Shown in pieces: positions 39,442 through 48,739 of a DNA stretch of 64,000 bases (positions are counted from its first letter, which is position 1; every line of letters begins with the position of its first letter). The translations under genes and the position numbers were made by a program. The stretch comes from Vicinamibacterales bacterium (GTDB lineage Bacteria > Acidobacteriota > Vicinamibacteria > Vicinamibacterales > UBA8438). The DNA lies in NCBI GenBank assembly GCA_965204675.1, contig OZ242003.1:4371686-4435685 (forward strand), read 5' to 3'. The notes beneath the pieces were generated by a model that was given only the letters and a program-made list of their open reading frames with translations, searched no databases and was not told the origin of the DNA.

Positions 39442-40050
39442 GTGACCTCGGGATCTCCGGCCGAACCGGCCACCGCGGTGCTCGTGATCGACGTCCAGCG
39501 GGACTTCTGCTCTGGCGGGGCCCTCGCCGTCCCGGCCGGCGACGCGGTGGTCCCGGTCCTCAACGAGGTGCTCCGCGCCGCGGCGGAACGCGGGATGCCG
39601 GTCTACGCGAGCCGTGACTGGCATCCGGCGTCGTCGCGGCACTTCGTCACCGGGGGCGGCGTCTGGCCGGTCCACTGCGTCGCCGGCAGCGACGGCGCCC
39701 GCTTTCACCCGGACCTCCGGCTGCCGCCCGCCGCCGCCATCGTCAGCAAGGGCGTCGGGGCGGACGAGGACGGATTCTCGGCCTTCGACGGCCGCCTGGA
39801 GGACGGGAGGACGCTCGAGGAGAGCCTGCGGGCGTCGGGCATCGCCCACCTGCTCGCCGGCGGCCTCGCGACCGACTACTGCGTCCGTCACACGGTGCTC
39901 GATGCGCTGAGGAAGGGCTGGCCGGTGACGCTGCTGACCGACGCCGTCTGCGCTGTCGACCTCGAGCCGGGAGACGGTCCGCGCGCGCTCGAGGAGATGC
40001 GGGAGGCCGGGGCCATGCTGCGCACGTCCGCCGACCTGAAATGGTCCTGA
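39442..40050 (+). CDS. pncA: nicotinamidase/pyrazinamidase
   Basis: IDVQRDFC, SRDWHP, WPVHCV, SKG, GLATDYCV. Confidence 0.93.
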   Translation: MTSGSPAEPATAVLVIDVQRDFCSGGALAVPAGDAVVPVLNEVLRAAAERGMPVYASRDWHPASSRHFVTGGGVWPVHCVAGSDGARFHPDLRLPPAAAIVSKGVGADEDGFSAFDGRLEDGRTLEESLRASGIAHLLAGGLATDYCVRHTVLDALRKGWPVTLLTDAVCAVDLEPGDGPRALEEMREAGAMLRTSADLKWS

Positions 40051-40063
40051 CCTCCCTGAAACG

Positions 40064-40092
40064 AAAAGGGCCCGCGGTCTCCCGCGGGCCCT
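40064..40092 (-). terminator. intrinsic terminator of the cytochrome operon
   Basis: Minus strand AGGGCCCGCGG-GAGA-CCGCGGGCCCT-TTT, just after the 40096 stop and convergent with pncA. Confidence 0.75.
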
Positions 40093-40095
40093 GCC

Positions 40096-42951
40096 TCAGT
40101 TCCCCTGCTGCAGGGGACTCGGCCCCCCGCTGAAGGTCAGCAGGTAGTCCCGAATCGACTCGATCTGTGCATTGGCGTCCTGGTCGAACTGCGGATAGAA
40201 CGAGCCGGGATACTCGGTCCAGAACGTCGGCATGCGGGTGCCCGGCTGAATGTCCAGCGGCCGGATCAACCAGTCCAGGATCCAGTCGGGCTGCAGCCGC
40301 TCCGGGGTCATCCGCAGATCGGGCGCGAGGTTGGCGACGTCCTGGTCCTCGGGGATGGTGTCGAGCACGTGGCACTGCTGGCACCGCAGGAGCTCGAACA
40401 ACTCCTCCCCGGTCTCGACGGTGGCGGCGTCCAGCTCCACTTCGTGGGTGCGGAACGGCCCCACCGTGTCGGAGATCGCCGCGAAATAGTCGAGCACCCC
40501 GTTCCAGTGCGCGTCGTCGAGCCCGAACGACGGCATGCGCACGTCGAGCCACGGCCGGATGGTGATGGGTTCCTGCAGGAACGCGTACATCCATTCCGGC
40601 TTGACCTTGGCCCCCTGGGGAGTCAGCAGCGGCGGGGCCAGGGACACGTCCGCCACGAGCTCGCGGTAGTCTCCCCCGTCCGCCTCGATCTCGTGGCAGG
40701 CGATGCAGTTGCGCCTACGCACGAGGTTGCGCCCGTCGATGATGGCGTCCTTGCGGGCCGAGCGCGGCACCTGCGACTCCTTCGGCTGCACGTCCCGCTG
40801 GAAGCTCAGCACCGCCGTGGTCAGCAGCCGCGCCTCGGCCTCGGAGAAGCCGAAGTTGGGCATGCGCAGCTTCTCGAGCGGCTGCAGGATGCGCCCGCGG
40901 TCGTAGATGCGGGGATCGAGCAGCTTCTGGTTGATCCAGTCCCGCTTGGTGTGGGGAACCTCCTCCGCGTGAATGAACGCGAAGTCGAACTGCGGCAGCA
41001 GCTTGCTGCCCTCCTGCGAGAGCTCGATGCCGATGGGCTGAACGTCCTCGAACCCGGCGATCTCGTGGCAACTGTAGCAGCCGTAGCGCCCGATCGCCCG
41101 CTGGCCGAGGTCGAGCTGGCGCTCCTCGGGGCTCATGTCGGCGATGGCCGCCTGCGCCTCGTCGTACGGCACGATGGCCCGCATGTAGTCCAGCAGCGCC
41201 GCGTCGACGTCCTCGGGCCCGTAGGTCGCGCCCGCCTCGACCCCGCCCTCGCCGGTCAGTCCCATGAGATAGGTCGCGACGTCGGCAACCTCGAAGTCGT
41301 TCAGCCGCAGGTCCGGCATGTACGTCTCGGGGCTGTAGTGCCGCGGGTTCCGGATCCAGTCGAACAGCCACACGTAGCTGGTCTTGTCGCCGATGGCCTG
41401 CAGGGGTTGCCCGAAGGTGCGGCGCGGGCCCGCCTCCTCCCGGGTCTCGTCGCCGGCGATGTGGCAGCCGAGGCAGCCGACCGACTCGAAGATGCGCTGG
41501 CCGTTGGCGGCGTTGCCGCGGCCCGGGAAGCCGATGGCGGGCTCGTGGTCCTCGGAGTTGGCGAACAGGTACGCGACGACCGCGTCTATCTCGACCTCGT
41601 TGCGCACCGCGTCCTCGGGCGCGCTGGTGTTCGAGTTGTACCAGACCCTGGGCATCCACGTGCTGGCCTTGACCGCGCGCGGGTCCCGGATCCACCGGGC
41701 CACCCATTCCTCGTCCAGCTTCGAGGCGATCTTCGTCAGGTTGGGACCGGGCTTGCGCTGGTCCGTGAACCCGGCCGTCGTGTGGCACGCGTTGCAGCCG
41801 GCGCGCTCGTACATGCCGTAGGCGAGGTTCAGGTTGTCGGCCTCGGGAATGAACACCTCCTCCTTGTGGCACTTCGCGCACGAGGCCTCGGCCATCCCGC
41901 TCGGCAGCATCGGGTAGTCCCAGAGATGGGACTCCTCCCAGTGGTACTGCTCCTCCCACTCGGCCATCTGCGCGGGGCTCGACGGGCTGTGGGCGGCGTC
42001 GACGAACGAGATCGACTGCCCCATCCCCTCGTGGCACACCGTGCACCCGGTCGTCTCCAGGGGGTGCGGCGACGAGCTGCCGACGTAGGTCTCGAGGTTG
42101 GGGTGGGTGCGGAACGGCTGCGGATAGTCCTCGTAGCCTTCCCGGTCGATGGCGAGATGGCAGGTCTGGCACCGGTCCATCTTCGGCACCCGGATGAAGT
42201 TCACGTCGTCGACGATGTTCGGGGTGATGGTCTGGCGCACCGTCAGGGTCGGCGCCATGAAGTCGAGCAGCGGGGCGTTCAGCAGGTAGTTGTCGATCAG
42301 GTTGGGCTGCATGTCGGCGACGAGCCCCCGCAGCCGGTCCGCCTCGCCGGTCAGGGCGCCCAGCTCGTCGTTGACGGCGTCGACCTCGGCGTTGAACTCG
42401 CCGATGCGGTCACGCAGGGCGTCGCGTTCCGCCGTGAGCCGCTCGACGATCAGCCCCTCCTCGAGCCAGCGCTCGTAGAGGGCGGTGACGTCCTCCTCGC
42501 CCTCGACGTGGACCTCCCCCTCGCCGTCTCCATGACCGCCGGCCTCGTCGCGGCGCGACTCGAAGTCGTACCGATCGACGTCGTAGTTGGCCTTGGTGAA
42601 GTTGAAGTTCCGGGTGGCGACGAAGAGCTGCCGGTCCACGTCGGCGAGCTGGTCCTCGAGCCCGGCGACCTGCGCGGCGTTGGCCGCGAGCTGCTGCTCG
42701 GCGGCGGCGCGCCGGGTCTCGAGCTCCGCGACCCGGGCGCGGTCGACGTCCCGCTCGGCCAGCGCCAGGTCCGCGCTGGTCACCTCCTGCTCGAGGGCCC
42801 AGAACTGCCGCTGGTAGTTCTTCCATTCCCGATCGTAGTCGTCCCAGATCATCCACAGCGTCGAGAAGAGCACGAAGAGGCTCGACGCGGCGAAGACCAC
42901 GTTCAGGAAATCGATGTTGTAGGCGTGTCCGACTGCCCGCTTGTCTGCCAT
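40096..42951 (-). CDS. membrane-anchored multiheme (8 x CxxCH) cytochrome c with coiled-coil stalk
   Basis: CQTCH, CTVCH, CAKCH, CNACH, CLGCH, CYSCH, CIACH, CQQCH; N-terminal TM and long coiled coil. Confidence 0.9.
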   Translation of the reverse strand: MADKRAVGHAYNIDFLNVVFAASSLFVLFSTLWMIWDDYDREWKNYQRQFWALEQEVTSADLALAERDVDRARVAELETRRAAAEQQLAANAAQVAGLEDQLADVDRQLFVATRNFNFTKANYDVDRYDFESRRDEAGGHGDGEGEVHVEGEEDVTALYERWLEEGLIVERLTAERDALRDRIGEFNAEVDAVNDELGALTGEADRLRGLVADMQPNLIDNYLLNAPLLDFMAPTLTVRQTITPNIVDDVNFIRVPKMDRCQTCHLAIDREGYEDYPQPFRTHPNLETYVGSSSPHPLETTGCTVCHEGMGQSISFVDAAHSPSSPAQMAEWEEQYHWEESHLWDYPMLPSGMAEASCAKCHKEEVFIPEADNLNLAYGMYERAGCNACHTTAGFTDQRKPGPNLTKIASKLDEEWVARWIRDPRAVKASTWMPRVWYNSNTSAPEDAVRNEVEIDAVVAYLFANSEDHEPAIGFPGRGNAANGQRIFESVGCLGCHIAGDETREEAGPRRTFGQPLQAIGDKTSYVWLFDWIRNPRHYSPETYMPDLRLNDFEVADVATYLMGLTGEGGVEAGATYGPEDVDAALLDYMRAIVPYDEAQAAIADMSPEERQLDLGQRAIGRYGCYSCHEIAGFEDVQPIGIELSQEGSKLLPQFDFAFIHAEEVPHTKRDWINQKLLDPRIYDRGRILQPLEKLRMPNFGFSEAEARLLTTAVLSFQRDVQPKESQVPRSARKDAIIDGRNLVRRRNCIACHEIEADGGDYRELVADVSLAPPLLTPQGAKVKPEWMYAFLQEPITIRPWLDVRMPSFGLDDAHWNGVLDYFAAISDTVGPFRTHEVELDAATVETGEELFELLRCQQCHVLDTIPEDQDVANLAPDLRMTPERLQPDWILDWLIRPLDIQPGTRMPTFWTEYPGSFYPQFDQDANAQIESIRDYLLTFSGGPSPLQQGN

Positions 42952-42979
42952 GGCGCTAGCCGTAGATTGAGAGTGAACC

Positions 42980-44059
42980 CTAGATGTTGAAGAAGAACTC
43001 CGGAATCGCCACCACGTACTTCAGGTTGAACGCCCACCGGGTCAGCATCTTCACCGGCAGCGACAGCATCGACAGGAAGAGGATGACGGTGACGTAGTAG
43101 CGCGTCGGTCCCAGCTTCTCGTAGTACTTCGTCAGGCCCTTCCTCGCCAGCATGACCGGCAGGACGGCGACGTAGCCGATGGTCAGGATGATGCCGAAGA
43201 TCTCCCGCACGAACCAGTGGTCGGGCAGGGACATGCCGAAGCCGCGCACCCAGATGTACTCGGACAGGTCCACGTTGGTCAGCGCCTCGAGCTTGTGGAT
43301 GTCCCAGTACTCGAACGGGCCGAAGAAGTTCCAGTTGGGCCCCCGCAGGAACGTCCCGAGGACGATGAGCGAAGACCAGAGCACCACGAACCCGAACAGG
43401 AAGATGGTGATCTCGACCCGGCGCTCGTTGAACGTGTAGTAGCCGTTCCCCTTGGGGTTCTTGTCGATGTAGGGGATCGCCATCAGCCCCACGATGATCA
43501 GCGACGGCAGGACCACCCCGGCCAGCCACGGATCGAAGTAGACGAGCATCTCCTGCAGGCCGAGGAAGTACCAGGGCGCCTTCGACGGGTTGGGGGTGTT
43601 GGCGTTGTTCGCCGGCTGCTCGATGGGCGCCTCGAGCCCGATCGACCACACGATCAGGACCACCGTGCACACCACCATCGAGATCAGCTCGGTGTAGACG
43701 AGGTCGGGCCACGTCCAGACGCGGTCCTCCTCGTCCTTCTCGATCGGCGGCTGGCCGCCGGCGGCGCGGCGGTCGTTGTCGACCGCCTGCCGCATCGAGA
43801 ACCACGTGAAGAACACGAGCAGGAAGATCAGCCCGACGATGGGCACGTTGTCCGGCTTGGTGATGATCAGGTTGAAGTCGGAGTCGGTGAGGCCGAAGGC
43901 GAAGAACACCGTGAGGAAGATCATCAGCCCCCAGCCCCAGCGGGTGGAGGAGAACGCCTCGCGCTTCCACACGATCAGCACCAGCGCCACCACCGTGGTG
44001 GCGAAGAACAACTGCGGATCGGCAAACAGATCGATGAAGCCCTTCAACCCTTCCAACAT
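42980..44059 (-). CDS. cytochrome b subunit-IV-like (PetD/QcrC-type) membrane protein with extra helices
   Basis: TWPDLVYTE, APIEQPAN..TPNPSKAPWYFLGLQE, PYIDKNP. Confidence 0.85.
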   Translation of the reverse strand: MLEGLKGFIDLFADPQLFFATTVVALVLIVWKREAFSSTRWGWGLMIFLTVFFAFGLTDSDFNLIITKPDNVPIVGLIFLLVFFTWFSMRQAVDNDRRAAGGQPPIEKDEEDRVWTWPDLVYTELISMVVCTVVLIVWSIGLEAPIEQPANNANTPNPSKAPWYFLGLQEMLVYFDPWLAGVVLPSLIIVGLMAIPYIDKNPKGNGYYTFNERRVEITIFLFGFVVLWSSLIVLGTFLRGPNWNFFGPFEYWDIHKLEALTNVDLSEYIWVRGFGMSLPDHWFVREIFGIILTIGYVAVLPVMLARKGLTKYYEKLGPTRYYVTVILFLSMLSLPVKMLTRWAFNLKYVVAIPEFFFNI

Positions 44060-44104
44060 GTTTCGTCTCCGCCGTCCAGAGTCTCAGACCGGAACCCGCG
44101 CGCT

Positions 44105-44920
<816 letters not shown>

Positions 44921-44926
44921 GTCGAT

Positions 44927-45802
44927 TCAGATCGGAAGGAACGACTCGGGGTCCGCCCACTGGCCGAGCTCCTGCTGGAACTTCCGGCTCTTGTCGACGA
45001 GGATCTGGCCGTCCTCGGCCCGCACGATCCGCGTCCGCTCCAGGGGCCGCGGCGCCGGGCCCTCGAAGTTGACGCCGGTGGGCCGGAAGCCGCTGCCGTG
45101 GCAGGGGCACTTGAACTTGTTCTCGGCCGACAGCCAGTTGGGCGTGCAGCCGAGGTGGGTGCACACCGAGAACAGCGCGTAGAAACCGGACGCCTCGTGC
45201 GTGAAGTCGTTGTCGGTCCGCACGATCCAGACCCCGAAGCGGTCCTTGAACCGCTCGTCGACCCCTTCGCCGTAGTCCTCGGGGAACCCGATGGCGAACT
45301 GCTGCGGCGGCTCGTTGAGCACGTTCGGGAACATGAAGCGGCCGGTGGCGGCGAGACAGCCGGCGGTGGCGGCGGTGAACGAGCCCCACGCGAGCCCCAT
45401 CCAGCCGCGGCGCCCCATGAGCGGCGAGTCGTCGGGGATGGCCGCCTTCTTCTTCCGCGCCGCGCCGGCCGCCGCGGTGGTGGTGCGGCCCTTGAGCTTG
45501 GCGTCCGCGCCGGCCGCGGCCTTGGCCGCCGCCGGCCTGGCTGCGGCCGGCTTCTTCGCGGCAGTGGCCGGCGGCTTCGCGGCGACAGCCGGCTTCGCGG
45601 CGGCGGCCGCCGCCGGCGCGGTCGCCGCGGAAGCGGCCGCGGGCTTCGCGGTCGCCCCGGCCGGGGCCTTCGCATCGCCCGGGGCTGCCGCCTCGGCCTT
45701 CGCCGACGCTTCGGCGGACTTCTCCGCCGCCGGCGCGGCCGCCGGGGCCGGCTTCTCTGCGGCGTCGTCCGCAGACGGTGGGGTCGTGTTCTCGTCAGCC
45801 AT
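44927..45802 (-). CDS. Rieske 2Fe-2S subunit with Ala/Lys/Pro-rich N-terminal extension
   Basis: CTHLGC and CPCHGS, GPAPRPL, twin-arginine MGRRGW preceding the TM. Confidence 0.92.
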   Translation of the reverse strand: MADENTTPPSADDAAEKPAPAAAPAAEKSAEASAKAEAAAPGDAKAPAGATAKPAAASAATAPAAAAAAKPAVAAKPPATAAKKPAAARPAAAKAAAGADAKLKGRTTTAAAGAARKKKAAIPDDSPLMGRRGWMGLAWGSFTAATAGCLAATGRFMFPNVLNEPPQQFAIGFPEDYGEGVDERFKDRFGVWIVRTDNDFTHEASGFYALFSVCTHLGCTPNWLSAENKFKCPCHGSGFRPTGVNFEGPAPRPLERTRIVRAEDGQILVDKSRKFQQELGQWADPESFLPI

Positions 45803-45860
45803 GGTCTTCTGTCCCAATCGCCATCGGCGCGGAGGCCGATGACGGTGCCGTTCGCCGGCG

Positions 45861-45932
45861 CCAGCCCGCCAATCGTCGCCTACGGGCCCCGCCTGGCGTT
45901 CAACCAACCCTCCAGTACTTCGGCGCAGACTA
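45861..45932 (+). repeat. REP-like family B, deleted copy
   Basis: CAGCCCGCCAATCG...CAACCAACCCTCCAG...CGGCGCAGACT. Confidence 0.6.
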
Positions 45933-46868
45933 CCGCCTTCGCTCGGCCACGCCGCTGCCCGCCAGTGACGCATCGAGCGCATCGAGCGCCTGCAACGCCG
46001 CGTTCTGTACCTGCACGCTCGGGTCCGAGTCGGCGAGGACGGCGACGGCCGACCGCAGATCCTCGCCGACGCCGGCCGCTCCCAGCCCCGCCACCGCCTG
46101 CAACCCGCTGATCATCACCTCGCCCGCGGGGTCGAGGCGCGTCTCGGACGCGGTGACGAGCCCGGTGACGTGGTCCCGGTCGAGCATGCGGGCCAGCACC
46201 CTCGCCGACCGCGCATCGCCGTGACGCGCGAGGGCGACGGCGGCGTTCCACTGCACGTCCGGCGTCGGGTCGTCGAGGGCCGCCCGTAGCGTCGTGTGGG
46301 CGCCGTCATCCGGCAGCACGCCGAGCGCGTACACCGCCATCTTCCGCACGCCGGGATCGGACGACTGGTACATCGAGACGATCAGCGGCACGACCGCCTC
46401 GTCGCCGAGCGAGGCCAAGGCCCACACGACGCTGATGACGGTCTCGCTGTCGGGATCGTCGAGCGCCTCCGTCAGCGCCTCGACGGTGCCGGGCGGCGGC
46501 GTGCGCAGACGCCCGATCGCGAGGGCGAGATAGCGGCGAATCCGCGGATCGTCGCCCCGGGAGTCGACGAACGCGTCGAGCAGCGCCCTCCCCAACCCGG
46601 GATGGCGCGCCTCGGTGGCCGGATCGCCCATCAGGCGCGAGAGCTCGTAGGCGGCCGGCCACCGCCGCTCGCGCCCCCCCGTCCGCACGTCGAGGAGATA
46701 CTCTTCGGGCGTGCGCTCGTCGGTGACCATCATGCGGAATCCGCCGTAGATGGCGACGACGACCGCGACCACCGCGAGGGGAATCAGAAAGAACTGAACG
46801 GCGAGAGACGGTGCGGCTGCAAGCGGCCCTTCGGGGCGTTCGGGTTCGCGCTCGCGGAGCTTTTCCAT
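45930..46868 (-). CDS. membrane-anchored HEAT-repeat (PBS-lyase-like) protein
   Basis: N-terminal TM; repeats IRRYLALAIG, VISVVWALASLG, VRKMAVYALG, VQWNAAVALA. Confidence 0.8.
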   Translation of the reverse strand: MEKLREREPERPEGPLAAAPSLAVQFFLIPLAVVAVVVAIYGGFRMMVTDERTPEEYLLDVRTGGRERRWPAAYELSRLMGDPATEARHPGLGRALLDAFVDSRGDDPRIRRYLALAIGRLRTPPPGTVEALTEALDDPDSETVISVVWALASLGDEAVVPLIVSMYQSSDPGVRKMAVYALGVLPDDGAHTTLRAALDDPTPDVQWNAAVALARHGDARSARVLARMLDRDHVTGLVTASETRLDPAGEVMISGLQAVAGLGAAGVGEDLRSAVAVLADSDPSVQVQNAALQALDALDASLAGSGVAERRR

Positions 46869-47050
46869 CAGGACATCTGGCAGACCGGCGGCCGCTTCGC
46901 TGGCTTGTGTCTTCTGTCACAAGCACCGACAACGGTTACGGCAGTCCGAAGTAGAAGCGTGGCCGGATCGTACTACGGCGACCGTTCGCGGTCAAGGGCG
47001 GCCCGCCGCCGATTCCACCCGATCGCCGGCCGCGCTCCAGTGCACCGTGC

Positions 47051-47147
47051 CAGCCCGCCAATCGCCAACCGCAAGGTCGCGCCAAGGCCTCCGCTTGGCG
47101 CCCAACCGCCCCTCCAGGAGTCCGCGCCGTTCTACGGCTCAGGCTCC
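47051..47147 (+). repeat. REP-like family B, near-complete unit
   Basis: CAGCCCGCCAATCG..ACCGCAAGGTCGCGCC..GGCCTCCGCTTG..GCCCAACC..CCTCCAGGAGTCCGCGCCGTTCTACGGCTCAGGCTCC. Confidence 0.75.
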
Positions 47148-47160
47148 GTTGCGGCGCCGA

Positions 47161-47580
47161 CTACGGCCGGACCAGCTCGAGGCCGCGGAAGAAGTAGCCG
47201 AGCTCGAAGGCGGCGGTCTCCGGCGCGTCGGAGCCGTGCGTGGCGTTGTGCTCGATGGAGCTGCCGTACCGCCGCCTCAGGGTCCCCTCCTCCGCCCGCG
47301 CCGGGTCCGTCGCGCCCATCAGGGCCCGCCAGCGTGCAATCGCGTCCGGCGCCTCGAGGGCCAGCACCACCGCCGGCCCCGACGACATGAAGGTCGTCAG
47401 GCTGTCGAAGAACGGACGCTCCCGGTGCACGGCGTAGAAGCCCTTCGCCTCCGCCTTCGTCATCCGCACCATGCGCATCGCCGCCACCCGGAAGCCGGCC
47501 TCCTCGATGCGCTGCAGGATGGCCCCGGTGTGTCCGGACGAGACCGCGTCCGGCTTGATGATCGCGAATGTCTGCTCCAT
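47161..47580 (-). CDS. ndk: nucleoside diphosphate kinase
   Basis: TFAIIKPD, FYAVH, MGATDP, NATHGSD. Confidence 0.97.
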   Translation of the reverse strand: MEQTFAIIKPDAVSSGHTGAILQRIEEAGFRVAAMRMVRMTKAEAKGFYAVHRERPFFDSLTTFMSSGPAVVLALEAPDAIARWRALMGATDPARAEEGTLRRRYGSSIEHNATHGSDAPETAAFELGYFFRGLELVRP

Positions 47581-47647
47581 GCGCTCCTGCCTGTCGGCCG
47601 GCGTGCCCCGCCGGCCCGGAATCGCCGCCGCGCGGCCCGTCCAGCAG

Positions 47648-48739
47648 CTAGCCGAGCCCCGCCATGATCTCGTCGAGCACCGCCTTCGGGGGACGCACCC
47701 GCGACTCCGGCAGCGACGCCAGCGGCTCGTCCACCAGGTTGAGGGTGGTGAGGAAATCGGCGGCCGCCGGCTCCACGTAGATGAGCCCGGTGGCGAACTC
47801 GCCCCGGTCGTGGGTCTCGTGCAGCACGCGCAGCGCGTGCATCCTGTCGGTCGGGTCGTACGCCTCGTCGAGCTTCCGCAGATAGAGCCGCGAGCCGTCG
47901 TGCATCGTCACCTCCTGCACGGCGCCGGGCTCGTAGTCGATCGAGATGTCCTCGAAGAACGGCACGAAGTCGAGCTCGCCGAGCGGGTCGTCGTGGCTCT
48001 TCACGTAGGCGTAGCTCTTCGTCGAGCCCTCGTGGTCGTTGAACGTCACGCAGGGCGACAGCACGTCGATCATCGCGGTGCCCCGGTGGGCCAGCGCCGC
48101 CTTGAGAACCGCCGTCAACTGCTTCTTGTCGCCCGAGAAGGAACGGGCCACGAAGGTGGCGCCGAGCTGGATCGCGAGGGCGCAGGTGTCGATGGGCGGC
48201 AGGTCGTTGACGACGCCCGTCTTCAGCGTCGACCCGACGTCCGCCGTCGGCGAGAACTGCCCCTTCGTGAGCCCGTAGCACCCGTTGTCCTCGATGATGT
48301 AGATGATCGGGAGGTTGCGGCGCATGAGGTGCACGAACTGCCCGATGCCGATGGCGCCGGTGTCCCCGTCGCCGCTCACGCCGATGGCCACGAGCTCGTG
48401 GTTGGCGAGCAGGGCGCCGGTGCCGACCGACGGCATCCGCCCGTGGACGGCGTTGAAGCCGTGCGACGACCCGAGGAAGTACGCGGGGCTCTTGCTCGAG
48501 CACCCGATGCCCGACAGCTTGATCACGCGGTCGGGCTCGATGCCCATCGCGAAGCAGGCGTCGATGATGCGCTCCGAGATGGCGTTGTGCCCGCATCCGG
48601 CGCACAGGGTGGTCTTGCCGCCCCGGTAGGCGGGCAGCTCCAGGCCGGCCCGGTTGGTCTTCTTCTTTGCGGGAGAAGTCACCGTCGTCTTCGCGGGAGA
48701 GGTCACCGTCGTCCTCGCGGGGGAAGTCACTGCCGTCAT
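47648..48739 (-). CDS. korB: 2-oxoacid:ferredoxin oxidoreductase beta subunit
   Basis: LCAGCGH, SGIGCS, HGR, SGDGD...IG, NGCYGLTKGQ; ATGA overlap with the alpha subunit; N-terminal 3x8-aa repeat. Confidence 0.92.
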   Translation of the reverse strand: MTAVTSPARTTVTSPAKTTVTSPAKKKTNRAGLELPAYRGGKTTLCAGCGHNAISERIIDACFAMGIEPDRVIKLSGIGCSSKSPAYFLGSSHGFNAVHGRMPSVGTGALLANHELVAIGVSGDGDTGAIGIGQFVHLMRRNLPIIYIIEDNGCYGLTKGQFSPTADVGSTLKTGVVNDLPPIDTCALAIQLGATFVARSFSGDKKQLTAVLKAALAHRGTAMIDVLSPCVTFNDHEGSTKSYAYVKSHDDPLGELDFVPFFEDISIDYEPGAVQEVTMHDGSRLYLRKLDEAYDPTDRMHALRVLHETHDRGEFATGLIYVEPAAADFLTTLNLVDEPLASLPESRVRPPKAVLDEIMAGLG

